From IMG/VR virus record IMGVR_UViG_3300043777_000073, positions 1 through 62,033 of that record: DNA of 62,033 nt, one strand, 5' to 3'. Under the pieces are notes generated by a model, which made no database searches, had not been told where the DNA came from, and saw nothing but the letters and a program-made list of their open reading frames with translations. Position numbers and translations under genes: made by a program. The stretch is from a virus (taxonomy: Duplodnaviria; Caudoviricetes). Each line of letters begins with the position of its first letter. The first letter of the stretch is position 1. Shown here piece after piece: positions 8,955-16,361 of the stretch.

Positions 8955-9251
8955 ATGGGATTCAAGTATTCTCTCGGCGATCATCTCAGAGACCGCATCT
9001 CGGGCTTCGACGGCATCGTCATGTGCCGCACGGAGTACCTGCACAACTGCAACCGCTACGGCCTGGCGCCGAGGAACGTCGACAAGGACGGCAAGCCGAA
9101 GGACAGCATCTACTTCGACGAGGACCAGGTCGAGCCGATGCCGAAGAAGAAAGCGCAGCCGTACGTCGCGAGGCCCGGCACGCAGCTCGCGCCCGACCAC
9201 GGAGGCCCAGCGCCGGCTCCGCAGCGGCGAGCGGATCCGGGCAGGCGGTGA
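8955..9251 (+). CDS. hypothetical phage protein
   Basis: AGGAGG RBS; LGDHLRDRISGFDGIV...YLHNCNRY...FDE. Confidence 0.75.
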   Translation: MGFKYSLGDHLRDRISGFDGIVMCRTEYLHNCNRYGLAPRNVDKDGKPKDSIYFDEDQVEPMPKKKAQPYVARPGTQLAPDHGGPAPAPQRRADPGRR

Positions 9252-9363
9252 CGTCGAAGCGCTTCAACCTCGCGGCCGTCGACTGGACGGCGCTCTGCGT
9301 GTACGCGACGCTCGCGCTGACGGCGATCGGCTGCATCTGGGGCGCGTGCTGCCCGGAGGCGAG

Positions 9364-9681
9364 ATGAAAGACTACCACTCGTCGCACGCGGTCAGCTACG
9401 AGCAGCCGGCGCAGTATGGCTTCACGGTCGTCGACGTGCTGCCGTTCCTCCGCGGTCGCAAGTGGGACGAGCGCGCGCTTGGGTTCGTGCACACACTGCG
9501 GCCGTCCTACATCCGGGTGACCCGAGGTGAGGTCAAGACCGACGCGCGGACGTGGCGCGTCACGGTCTACGTCGATCATGCGGACACCATTCTGTCGATC
9601 AAGCAAGAGGTCGAGATCGGACTGACCGGCACCGACTGGGAGAACGGTTACGACGCGAGCCTGTGGGTTGACGGCCGATGA
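9364..9681 (+). CDS. hypothetical protein
   Basis: GGAGG RBS; coupled to the next gene. Confidence 0.65.
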   Translation: MKDYHSSHAVSYEQPAQYGFTVVDVLPFLRGRKWDERALGFVHTLRPSYIRVTRGEVKTDARTWRVTVYVDHADTILSIKQEVEIGLTGTDWENGYDASLWVDGR

Positions 9682-10136
9682 GCCGCTGGGAGGTCACACT
9701 CATCGTCGACGCGGACCGCAGCCCCGACACGTCGATGTTCCCGACGCCGCTGGTCGTGCACTCGTTCAAGGTCGTCGAGGTCTACGAGCCCATCGTCATC
9801 TTCGAGCTTCCCCTGCGGCTCGTGTCGCTCGCCAACGAGCACACACACTGGCGCATGAGGCAGAAGCGTGCGAAGGAGCATCGAAGCCTCGTGGGCCTTC
9901 GCACGGGCGCGGCGCTCGCATGGGCCGGAGTGCACGGGACGGTTGTGCGCCGTGTGCGCCTCACGCGGCTGGCTCCGCGGCGTCTCGACAGCGACAACGC
10001 CGTCATCGCGGCAAAAGAATGCCGAGATGGCGTGGCGCGAGCGCTTGGCGTCGACGACCACGATGAGCGCGTCACGTGGGAGGTCGCGCAGGAGAAGACC
10101 AGCGGCTACGGCCTTCGCGTGGAGCTTTGGAGATGA
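9678..10136 (+). CDS. RusA-like endodeoxyribonuclease / Holliday junction resolvase
   Basis: RRLDSDNAVIAAKECRDGVARALGVDD fits the DxDNxxxxxKxxxD pattern. Confidence 0.7.
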   Translation: MSRWEVTLIVDADRSPDTSMFPTPLVVHSFKVVEVYEPIVIFELPLRLVSLANEHTHWRMRQKRAKEHRSLVGLRTGAALAWAGVHGTVVRRVRLTRLAPRRLDSDNAVIAAKECRDGVARALGVDDHDERVTWEVAQEKTSGYGLRVELWR

Positions 10137-10399
10137 CCGAGCACGACCACGACTGGAAAGAGACCGACCGCGACGACAACGCCGAACGCATTCGCACGCG
10201 AGACGAGTGCACGGGATGCGGGGCCAGGCGCTACGGCTGCTACGCGAAGTGGCTCGGGGAACTCTGCGAAGGGCAAACCGACTACGATCGGATGGCGGAC
10301 GGCACGCGGCTCGGAGCCTGGGGGCCCGTCGGTCGCTGGACGCATTCAATCGAGCCTTCTGGCGAATTGCCTCTTGCGAAGGCAGATCGCCAAGCGTAA
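10133..10399 (+). CDS. hypothetical protein
   Basis: ATGA-coupled ORF. Confidence 0.5.
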   Translation: MTEHDHDWKETDRDDNAERIRTRDECTGCGARRYGCYAKWLGELCEGQTDYDRMADGTRLGAWGPVGRWTHSIEPSGELPLAKADRQA

Positions 10400-10430
10400 A
10401 GATACCGGCAAGCTCAGGAGGGCTACGCGC

Positions 10431-11243
10431 ATGACCGAAGGGTACAGGCTGCCGCCGGACCTACAAGGTGACCTCACGTGGTACTGGACGGAAGCCGAGA
10501 GCGCCCTGGGGGTCCGCAGCACTACCGGATCGCAAGTCGCTCTTTTGCAGGCCAGGGCGATGCCTGAAAAAGAGCGTATCGACCCGGGGCTGGCCCTAGA
10601 ACGCTGGCGCCTGGGCGGGCCGGAGGAACGTAAGGCCATGCGGGCGGAGCGCTGGGAGCGCGAGGACCAGGCGGCGCGCGACGTCTTCCAGACGCTCTCG
10701 GTCGGCAAGGGCTCGGCCGGCGACTGCACGCGCTACAAGCGAGCCTTTGCGACCTCGTCGATCGATGGTGTACCCATCGAGCTTTCAGAGATAACGTATG
10801 AGCCCGATTGGTCGAGGATTTCTGGCGCAGCGGCTCAGGTCCGGCAGAGAAGCCGACGAGTGTGGAGAAACTTGCATCGAATGAAGGGCCAGCCTGTGGG
10901 CGTCCGCCACGAGTTTATCCTGTTCCGTGCGTTTGGCCCGCAAGTGAACGTGCTTCAAGAGTCGAAGACCATCGCCAAAGAACGAGAAGCCAGGGAGCTT
11001 GAGCCGCTCTACGAGTTTACGCCGGAGATTTCGCGGCGGCTGGACGGGAGCATTTCGCGTCGGCGCGTTCTCGAGTTGGCTCTGCGCAAGCCCTCTCCGT
11101 CCCTGCAGCGCGTGCTTCGGGAGCAGGCGCGCACCGTCTTGTGTGACGCAAGCTGGGCGTACAGCAAAGCAGCTGAGCATGAGACGTTGGGCCAGAGGGA
11201 TCGCGGACGTGGGCGAGTTCTGCGACTGATGGCGGCGGCATAG
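10431..11243 (+). CDS. hypothetical protein
   Basis: AGGAGG RBS before ATG 10431; 270 aa. Confidence 0.75.
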   Translation: MTEGYRLPPDLQGDLTWYWTEAESALGVRSTTGSQVALLQARAMPEKERIDPGLALERWRLGGPEERKAMRAERWEREDQAARDVFQTLSVGKGSAGDCTRYKRAFATSSIDGVPIELSEITYEPDWSRISGAAAQVRQRSRRVWRNLHRMKGQPVGVRHEFILFRAFGPQVNVLQESKTIAKEREARELEPLYEFTPEISRRLDGSISRRRVLELALRKPSPSLQRVLREQARTVLCDASWAYSKAAEHETLGQRDRGRGRVLRLMAAA

Positions 11244-11251
11244 ACGTACGA

Positions 11252-11325
11252 TGTCCGACTAGGCGCTTCCGGGCTAGGCAGTGCACGTCAACGTTCGGTG
11301 ACGCAAGGCAAGGGCCCTTCGGGGC
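11252..11325 (+). ncRNA. orphan 5-nt-periodic unit (putative guide RNA) ending GGCAAG plus a TTCG hairpin
   Basis: tgtcc gacta ggcgc ttccg ggcta ggcag tgcac gtcaa cgttc ggtga cgcaa ggcaa, then gccc-ttcg-gggc; intergenic. Confidence 0.65.
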
Positions 11326-11338
11326 GTAGGAGCGAACG

Positions 11339-11644
11339 ATGAAAATTGTAAAGCTGAGCGACGAGACGTGCAGGCTGATTGAGGAGGCGAACGAGATAGA
11401 TCGTGCGGCTCGCGAATTGGACGCCGAGTTCAAGCGCCTGCCGGAGTACGCAGCGTTCCAAGCAGCCGCGGTGGATGGCGGTGTGCCTGCGTATTGTCCG
11501 GCTGCAGTCGCCCTGCAGATGCTGGAGATAACGTCCAGATGTCGTCGGGCGGATGGAGACCGCGACGCGGCCGTGAAACGCGCGTGGGCCGCTTTGAGAG
11601 CAGACATAGGCGTAGTCTGGAGCATGTATTATGAGCATTACTAG
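11339..11644 (+). CDS. hypothetical protein
   Basis: AGGAG RBS. Confidence 0.6.
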   Translation: MKIVKLSDETCRLIEEANEIDRAARELDAEFKRLPEYAAFQAAAVDGGVPAYCPAAVALQMLEITSRCRRADGDRDAAVKRAWAALRADIGVVWSMYYEHY

Positions 11645-12392
11645 ACGCAACGCAATCATCGGGGCCGCCGCGTGCGCGGTGGGGCCCGTTCCGGCGATGG
11701 CCGGCACTTCGCATCGCGACAAGTACGGCAAGCTTTGGGAAGAGGGACCGTATGCGTCGCCAGCGCGGCAGGAACTGGCAGAGATACTGCTCGCGGTGCC
11801 GGGGGTGGCGCGGGTGGCGACAACGAGTCCGAACCAAGAGACCAACGCGTGCGGCATACGGTGCACGACGGAGGCCGGTCGCGATTGGTATACCGGCTGC
11901 CTGCAATTCAAGGACGAAGCCCCACGCCCGCAAGAGGCTCTCTGGGAAGAGTTGCGCGACACGACGGCGATGGACGTCGTCATCCGTGGCGATAGCGCGG
12001 AGACGCTTCTCTGCGAAGCTACGGGTGAGCAGAACCGAGCGTTGATTGACGCCAGCAATCTGAATTGGGAGGCGAAGAAGTGGCCGATTGAGGCGCTGGA
12101 GGCGTCGATGCTGGAGCGTCTGCGAGCGACGCCTGGCGTCAGATACGCTCGGGCGCCACGGACGGAACATCTCGGGCGTCGTGCCGACTTCGTCCACGTT
12201 TGCATGTCGGATGGGTGGCACCTTGAATGGGACAAGGACACCAAGCCGTTTTGGCCCACGAGAGAAAGGCTGCTGCGTCGCGTGCTCACGACTGGGCCGT
12301 ACGAGATACAACGCTTCACGGAACGGCGGCGTGCGATAAAAGCGAGGTCTAGAACCCACCAGCGAAACGTGGTAACGAGAGAGAGCCTGTAG
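11631..12392 (+). CDS. hypothetical protein with a twin-arginine-like N-terminus
   Basis: MSITRRNAIIGAAACAVGPVPAMA. Confidence 0.55.
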   Translation: MSITRRNAIIGAAACAVGPVPAMAGTSHRDKYGKLWEEGPYASPARQELAEILLAVPGVARVATTSPNQETNACGIRCTTEAGRDWYTGCLQFKDEAPRPQEALWEELRDTTAMDVVIRGDSAETLLCEATGEQNRALIDASNLNWEAKKWPIEALEASMLERLRATPGVRYARAPRTEHLGRRADFVHVCMSDGWHLEWDKDTKPFWPTRERLLRRVLTTGPYEIQRFTERRRAIKARSRTHQRNVVTRESL

Positions 12393-12404
12393 GAGGGCAC
12401 AATC

Positions 12405-13223
12405 ATGGCATTCGGAAAAAAGAAGGTCGAGATCAACTACAATCAAGCCAATGTCGCGATGCTCGCGGCGGATGCACTCAAGAAGTCTAGAGCGGTGCGT
12501 GTCCGCCTGGCACTGCGGCTGACGTTCGATACGCCGCTTCTCATGCAGCGGTGGACGACGAAAGCGGTGCGGCAGATGCTCGGGAAGATGGTGGGCATGC
12601 CCGAGCCGAAGGTCTCGAAGGATCTAACGAAAGACTTCGAGGAGTCGTACTACCGGAACACGAACGGCGAGCCGGTTATCCCGTGCCGCGTCATCAAGGC
12701 GGCAATCGTCTCCGGGGCCATCGCAACGGGAGATGTCGTCACGAAGGCGGACCTCAAGCGAAGCTTGCGGGTCATCGGCTGGACGGCCCCAGTCGTGTTC
12801 AAAGGCGCGAAGACCATGAGCACCATGATCGTTCGCAACAGCGGCGGCCAGCCTGACGTTCGTGCACGCGCGGAGTTCCCTGTCGGTTCAACCGTCGACA
12901 TCCTTGTCGAGTTTGGCGTGCCGCTCACGCCGGACAAGGTGATGGCCGCCATCGAAGCCTCAGGCGTCGCTATCGGCATTGGCGAGTGGCGACCTGAGAA
13001 CGGCGGCGAGCTTGGGACGTTCCACGTCGACATCTTGAAGAACGACAAGGCGGCGCACGACCGAATCATCAAGGCGACGAGCGTGCCGGAGGACGAGTTC
13101 GTGATTCCGCCCGAGATGCTTCGGACGCTGGAGAGCATTCCAGTGGAGAAGCTAAGCGACTCCGCGCGCAAGGTTCGGTCGTTGGCGGATCACATCGGAA
13201 AGCAGAAAAGAACCGGGACTTGA
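12405..13223 (+). CDS. solitary Cas7/RAMP-like protein (Vipr-like), copy 1
   Basis: N-terminal strand plus TPLLM, IPCRVIKAAIVS helix, VRARAEF, and C-terminal Gly-rich loop GVAIGIGEWRPENGGELGTFHV. AGGAGG RBS. Confidence 0.8.
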   Translation: MAFGKKKVEINYNQANVAMLAADALKKSRAVRVRLALRLTFDTPLLMQRWTTKAVRQMLGKMVGMPEPKVSKDLTKDFEESYYRNTNGEPVIPCRVIKAAIVSGAIATGDVVTKADLKRSLRVIGWTAPVVFKGAKTMSTMIVRNSGGQPDVRARAEFPVGSTVDILVEFGVPLTPDKVMAAIEASGVAIGIGEWRPENGGELGTFHVDILKNDKAAHDRIIKATSVPEDEFVIPPEMLRTLESIPVEKLSDSARKVRSLADHIGKQKRTGT

Positions 13224-13224
13224 A

Positions 13225-13473
13225 ATGACTCGAGACAAGCAGATCAATTTCCGCGTTTCCGAGGACGAGGCGGCCCGATTCGATCGTGTCGCCGAGCACT
13301 ATGGGCTGGCGATGGCAGCGATGATTCGGATGCTCGTGAAGGAGAAGGGACGATACCATACGGGGACGTCGAGGCAGGCATGGTCTCCACCGGATTGGAG
13401 CGGCAAGGACGGGTTAGGCATGGCAGGCAAGGTTTCCACCGGATCGGAAAGTCCAGCACCGGCATCGGACTAA
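13225..13473 (+). CDS. ribbon-helix-helix (CopG-like) regulator whose C-terminus reads into the periodic array
   Basis: KQINFRVSEDEAARFDRVAEHYGLAMAAMIRMLV. Confidence 0.7.
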   Translation: MTRDKQINFRVSEDEAARFDRVAEHYGLAMAAMIRMLVKEKGRYHTGTSRQAWSPPDWSGKDGLGMAGKVSTGSESPAPASD

Positions 13474-13756
13474 ACTCCGAACGCATAGGAAGTCAACGGC
13501 TTGGCGAGGCAGGAGTGTCTAGGAGCGGCTTCGTGGGTTCACGAACGGATGGGACCGGCGTGGCAAGGCAGGCAAGGCAGCGATCGAATCGGCGTCGCAT
13601 GGATTGGATCGGCACGTAGGGGTCAGGTATGGCAGGAACGGATAGGATAGGCGCGGATAGGATACGGAATGGATTGGCAAGGCAGGCGTCGATTGAAGCG
13701 TAGAGGATAGGAGCGGCACGTATCGGTCATCACCTGATTGGACCGGCATGGCAGGC
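13373..13756 (+). ncRNA. 5-nt-periodic array (GGH-NN)n, six units delimited by GGCAGG (putative guide-RNA array 1)
   Basis: Units 13377-13425, 13426-13511, 13512-13570, 13571-13634, 13635-13684 and 13685-13753. Each is a run of pentamers closed by a 4-nt GGCA. Confidence 0.8.
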
Positions 13757-13780
13757 ACTGAAAACATGTAGGAGGACAAC

Positions 13781-14362
13781 ATGAAAAGAGCACCGACGAA
13801 AACGAAGTACAGGTTCAGGCTCATCCAAGACGAGTCACTCGCGCAGCTTGCGGGAGTCGAACTGACGAAGCTGGCAGAACAGCTGAAGGTCAACGACATC
13901 CGGCAGCTAGACGCCGCGACGGTCTGTGACATCGTTCTCAACGACAAGAAGCACCCGCTGAGAAAGCTCCCGATCTGGGGAGACTTCGATACCAAGACAG
14001 CGGCCCGCAAGCACTGGATCGAAACGACGCGTCGGCTCATTTCTGGGATTCAGATCGTGACGTACCATGTCGGCAAACGAGAGCACGTGAGCCCGATGTT
14101 TGTGAGCGCCGAGGCCCCAACGAAGAAAGAAGGGTCGAGGGCGACACGGCGATCGCACGTGATGACGGCCGACAGCTTGGCGCATGACCCGGTATTCATG
14201 TCGGCGGTCGGGACCAAACTGCGGACGATTTTTCATACGCTGCAGAGTTTGGAGCAGTACACGAGCGCGAGGCAGGTCCCCGAGAACCTGAGTGAACTTC
14301 TGGCTACTATCCGAGAGGCGGTGGACGCGTACAACGGAACGATGGCGAGCGAGGCAGCGTAG
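13781..14362 (+). CDS. conserved phage protein downstream of array 1 (putative accessory protein)
   Basis: AGGAGG RBS. AQLAGVEL...HPLRK..IWGDFDTKTAARKHWIETTRRLISGI resembles the PLH..FEWDD..AA..YR..QAR.LI phage family. Confidence 0.75.
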   Translation: MKRAPTKTKYRFRLIQDESLAQLAGVELTKLAEQLKVNDIRQLDAATVCDIVLNDKKHPLRKLPIWGDFDTKTAARKHWIETTRRLISGIQIVTYHVGKREHVSPMFVSAEAPTKKEGSRATRRSHVMTADSLAHDPVFMSAVGTKLRTIFHTLQSLEQYTSARQVPENLSELLATIREAVDAYNGTMASEAA

Positions 14363-14364
14363 GA

Positions 14365-14441
14365 GTCCAGACATCGCACGTCCCGATGCGGTTCGGTAAC
14401 GCTAGTATGGGCAACGCTAGACAAGGCAAGAGGCTTCGGTC
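14365..14441 (+). ncRNA. 5-nt-periodic unit ending GGCAAG plus a TTCG hairpin (putative guide)
   Basis: gtcca gacat cgcac gtccc gatgc ggttc ggtaa cgcta gtatg ggcaa cgcta gacaa ggcaa, then aggc-ttcg-gtct. Confidence 0.55.
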
Positions 14442-14449
14442 TGAGCACG

Positions 14450-14848
14450 ATGAGCAAACCGAAAGCACCACGAATCCCGACGGGACTGAGCAAGCACGTC
14501 AGCATGCGTGGCTTGGCCGTTCGAGTCGCGAAGGCCAGTGGGGAGCCAGCCCACAACGTGGAGATGAAAATTCGCAGGCAACTTCTCAAGTGGCTTGCTC
14601 ATGACGTCCAGCAAGGGCTCAACCCCACTTGGATGTACCGCGCTCCGCACTCACGGACGTGGCGGATCAACCTCAGCGCTCTGCGGGCGGCGCACAAGGA
14701 ATTTTTCGAAGATCCATTGCCTCAAGACTTGGAAGCCAGGATCGAAGCGCTCGAGACCGAGGTCGACGAACTCAAGTGGGCGCGCGACACGATGGCGACC
14801 GAGATCGGAAAGCTCAGGGGCGCGGTCGAGGGGAGGGCCGGGGCGTGA
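14450..14848 (+). CDS. hypothetical protein with C-terminal coiled coil
   Basis: LEARIEALETEVDELK heptads. Confidence 0.65.
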   Translation: MSKPKAPRIPTGLSKHVSMRGLAVRVAKASGEPAHNVEMKIRRQLLKWLAHDVQQGLNPTWMYRAPHSRTWRINLSALRAAHKEFFEDPLPQDLEARIEALETEVDELKWARDTMATEIGKLRGAVEGRAGA

Positions 14849-14964
14849 GGCAGACAGGCGATCTGCGAAGCGCTAGAACAGTGAACGCGCGCTCACGCTT
14901 ATCCCACATGAAAAATGTGCGTGTCAAGTGGGACCTTTTGCATGGTATAAGGCAGCGTAACTCA

Positions 14965-15384
14965 ATGGGAAATATCCAAACGAAATCGAAGCTACTGAAG
15001 CTCATCAGGAAAGAGGAGCAGGTTTGCCGTTCGCCAGAGCCACGGGTCGGTGCGGCGCAAATCATGAAGCGCGTCAATCGCTCCGAGGGCGAGTTCGTGA
15101 AGCACGCAGCGGAGAACCACGACGTTCGCATCTGGCGCCACGGGTGGCCGGACTTCTTGCTGCAAGACAGGTCGACCGGGAAGACCTACGCCGTCGAGGT
15201 CAAGCGCGGTAAGGACGTTGTGCGGGAGAGCCAGGCGGCGATGTTCGTTGCACTTGAGGCGGCGGGCATCCCGGTCTACGTGTGGAACCCGGCCGTGCCG
15301 AATCGACTGAGGCATTGGCGGAGCTACGCCGAGTGGAAGCCGGAGCCGCCACGGGAGTGGTATGAGCGCTGGGGAAAGAAGTAA
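14965..15384 (+). CDS. VRR-NUC / PD-(D/E)xK nuclease
   Basis: GWPDFL...AVEVKRGKDVVRESQ...LEAAGIPVYVW; start uncertain. Confidence 0.8.
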   Translation: MGNIQTKSKLLKLIRKEEQVCRSPEPRVGAAQIMKRVNRSEGEFVKHAAENHDVRIWRHGWPDFLLQDRSTGKTYAVEVKRGKDVVRESQAAMFVALEAAGIPVYVWNPAVPNRLRHWRSYAEWKPEPPREWYERWGKK

Positions 15385-15389
15385 TCTAC

Positions 15390-15635
15390 ATGGCCAGATC
15401 GTTCACGCTCCAGAACGGCGACATCCTCGTGATTCCAGAGGGCATTCATACGGAGACGGTGAGCCCGTGGCACCCGTCGGTCACTGGCGGCCGCGCCGTG
15501 GTCGAGGTCCAGCGGATCGAAGCCTTCGCGGCCAGCCTCAAGCGGGCGGCGGAGTCCGTCGACTTCGACTTCGTCGCGCGGTTCTCGCGCAGGCCCGAGC
15601 CCAGCGCGGAAGCTGAACCACAGTCGCGAACTTGA
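15390..15635 (+). CDS. hypothetical protein
   Basis: ORF following the nuclease gene. Confidence 0.55.
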   Translation: MARSFTLQNGDILVIPEGIHTETVSPWHPSVTGGRAVVEVQRIEAFAASLKRAAESVDFDFVARFSRRPEPSAEAEPQSRT

Positions 15636-15851
15636 CCTATGTCGGTGGCCACGTATCGTCACGCGATGCCATGCATCGCGCATCAAGTTAGTAGGAGTCG
15701 CGCGCTGGACCAGGCCTCCCTTCGGCTCGGCCCTCCTACTCGTTTCGTTTGGTGCGCTCACCCAGCCCGACTCCGCTAACGCATTGCGTAGGTTGCACGT
15801 GGAAACGTAGTAATCACACATGCTTGCGTAATTGACGCACGCAATTTCATC

Positions 15852-16361
15852 TTGACCCCACCCGCCAAGCCTCGCCGCAAAGCCAGATACGCAAAAGACG
15901 ACGCCCGGGCGGTAGACGCCCTAGAGCGCCAGCGCAAGGTGCTTGAGCTTCGGATCAAGGGCTTCGGCCACCGGGAGATCGCCAAGGAGCTTGGCATCGC
16001 GGTGGGGACCTCCCACAAGGACACCGAGCTTGGCCTCAAGGCCCTGCAACCGCTCGAAGAGGCGGAGGTCTTGCTCGGCATCGAGCTTGCGCGCCTGGAC
16101 CGCTACCAGAAGGCGCTCGACGACGGCGCGGAGTCTGGGGACGCCCGGAGCGTGCTGGCCGCGCTGAAGATCATGGATCGGCGGGCCAAGTACCTCGGCC
16201 TGGATGCCCCGGCGCAGCTCGAGCACTCGGGCACCCTGAAGCACATCAACGTTGACCCTTCCAAGCTCAGCGACACCGAACTTCGAGACCTTGCGTCAGG
16301 AGCTTGGCCCCAGGCCCCCGGCGGCGATGGTGGCAGCGGCGGAGCTGGAGCGGCGGCGTAG
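15852..16361 (+). CDS. terminase small subunit (HTH)
   Basis: LELRIKGFGHREIAKELGI; LKIMDRRAKYLGLDAP; overlaps the large subunit. Confidence 0.8.
   Translation: MTPPAKPRRKARYAKDDARAVDALERQRKVLELRIKGFGHREIAKELGIAVGTSHKDTELGLKALQPLEEAEVLLGIELARLDRYQKALDDGAESGDARSVLAALKIMDRRAKYLGLDAPAQLEHSGTLKHINVDPSKLSDTELRDLASGAWPQAPGGDGGSGGAGAAA

Noticed and set aside
13380-13619. ORFs overlapping the periodic arrays (also 18217-18777 and 18480-18914)
   Set aside because: G/R/A-rich translations without an RBS, best explained as by-products of GC-rich repeats.
13373-13756. Canonical CRISPR array next to a Cas7-like gene
   Set aside because: There are no identical 23-47 bp repeats with unique spacers, and no cas1/2/5/6. 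The structure is pentamer periodicity.
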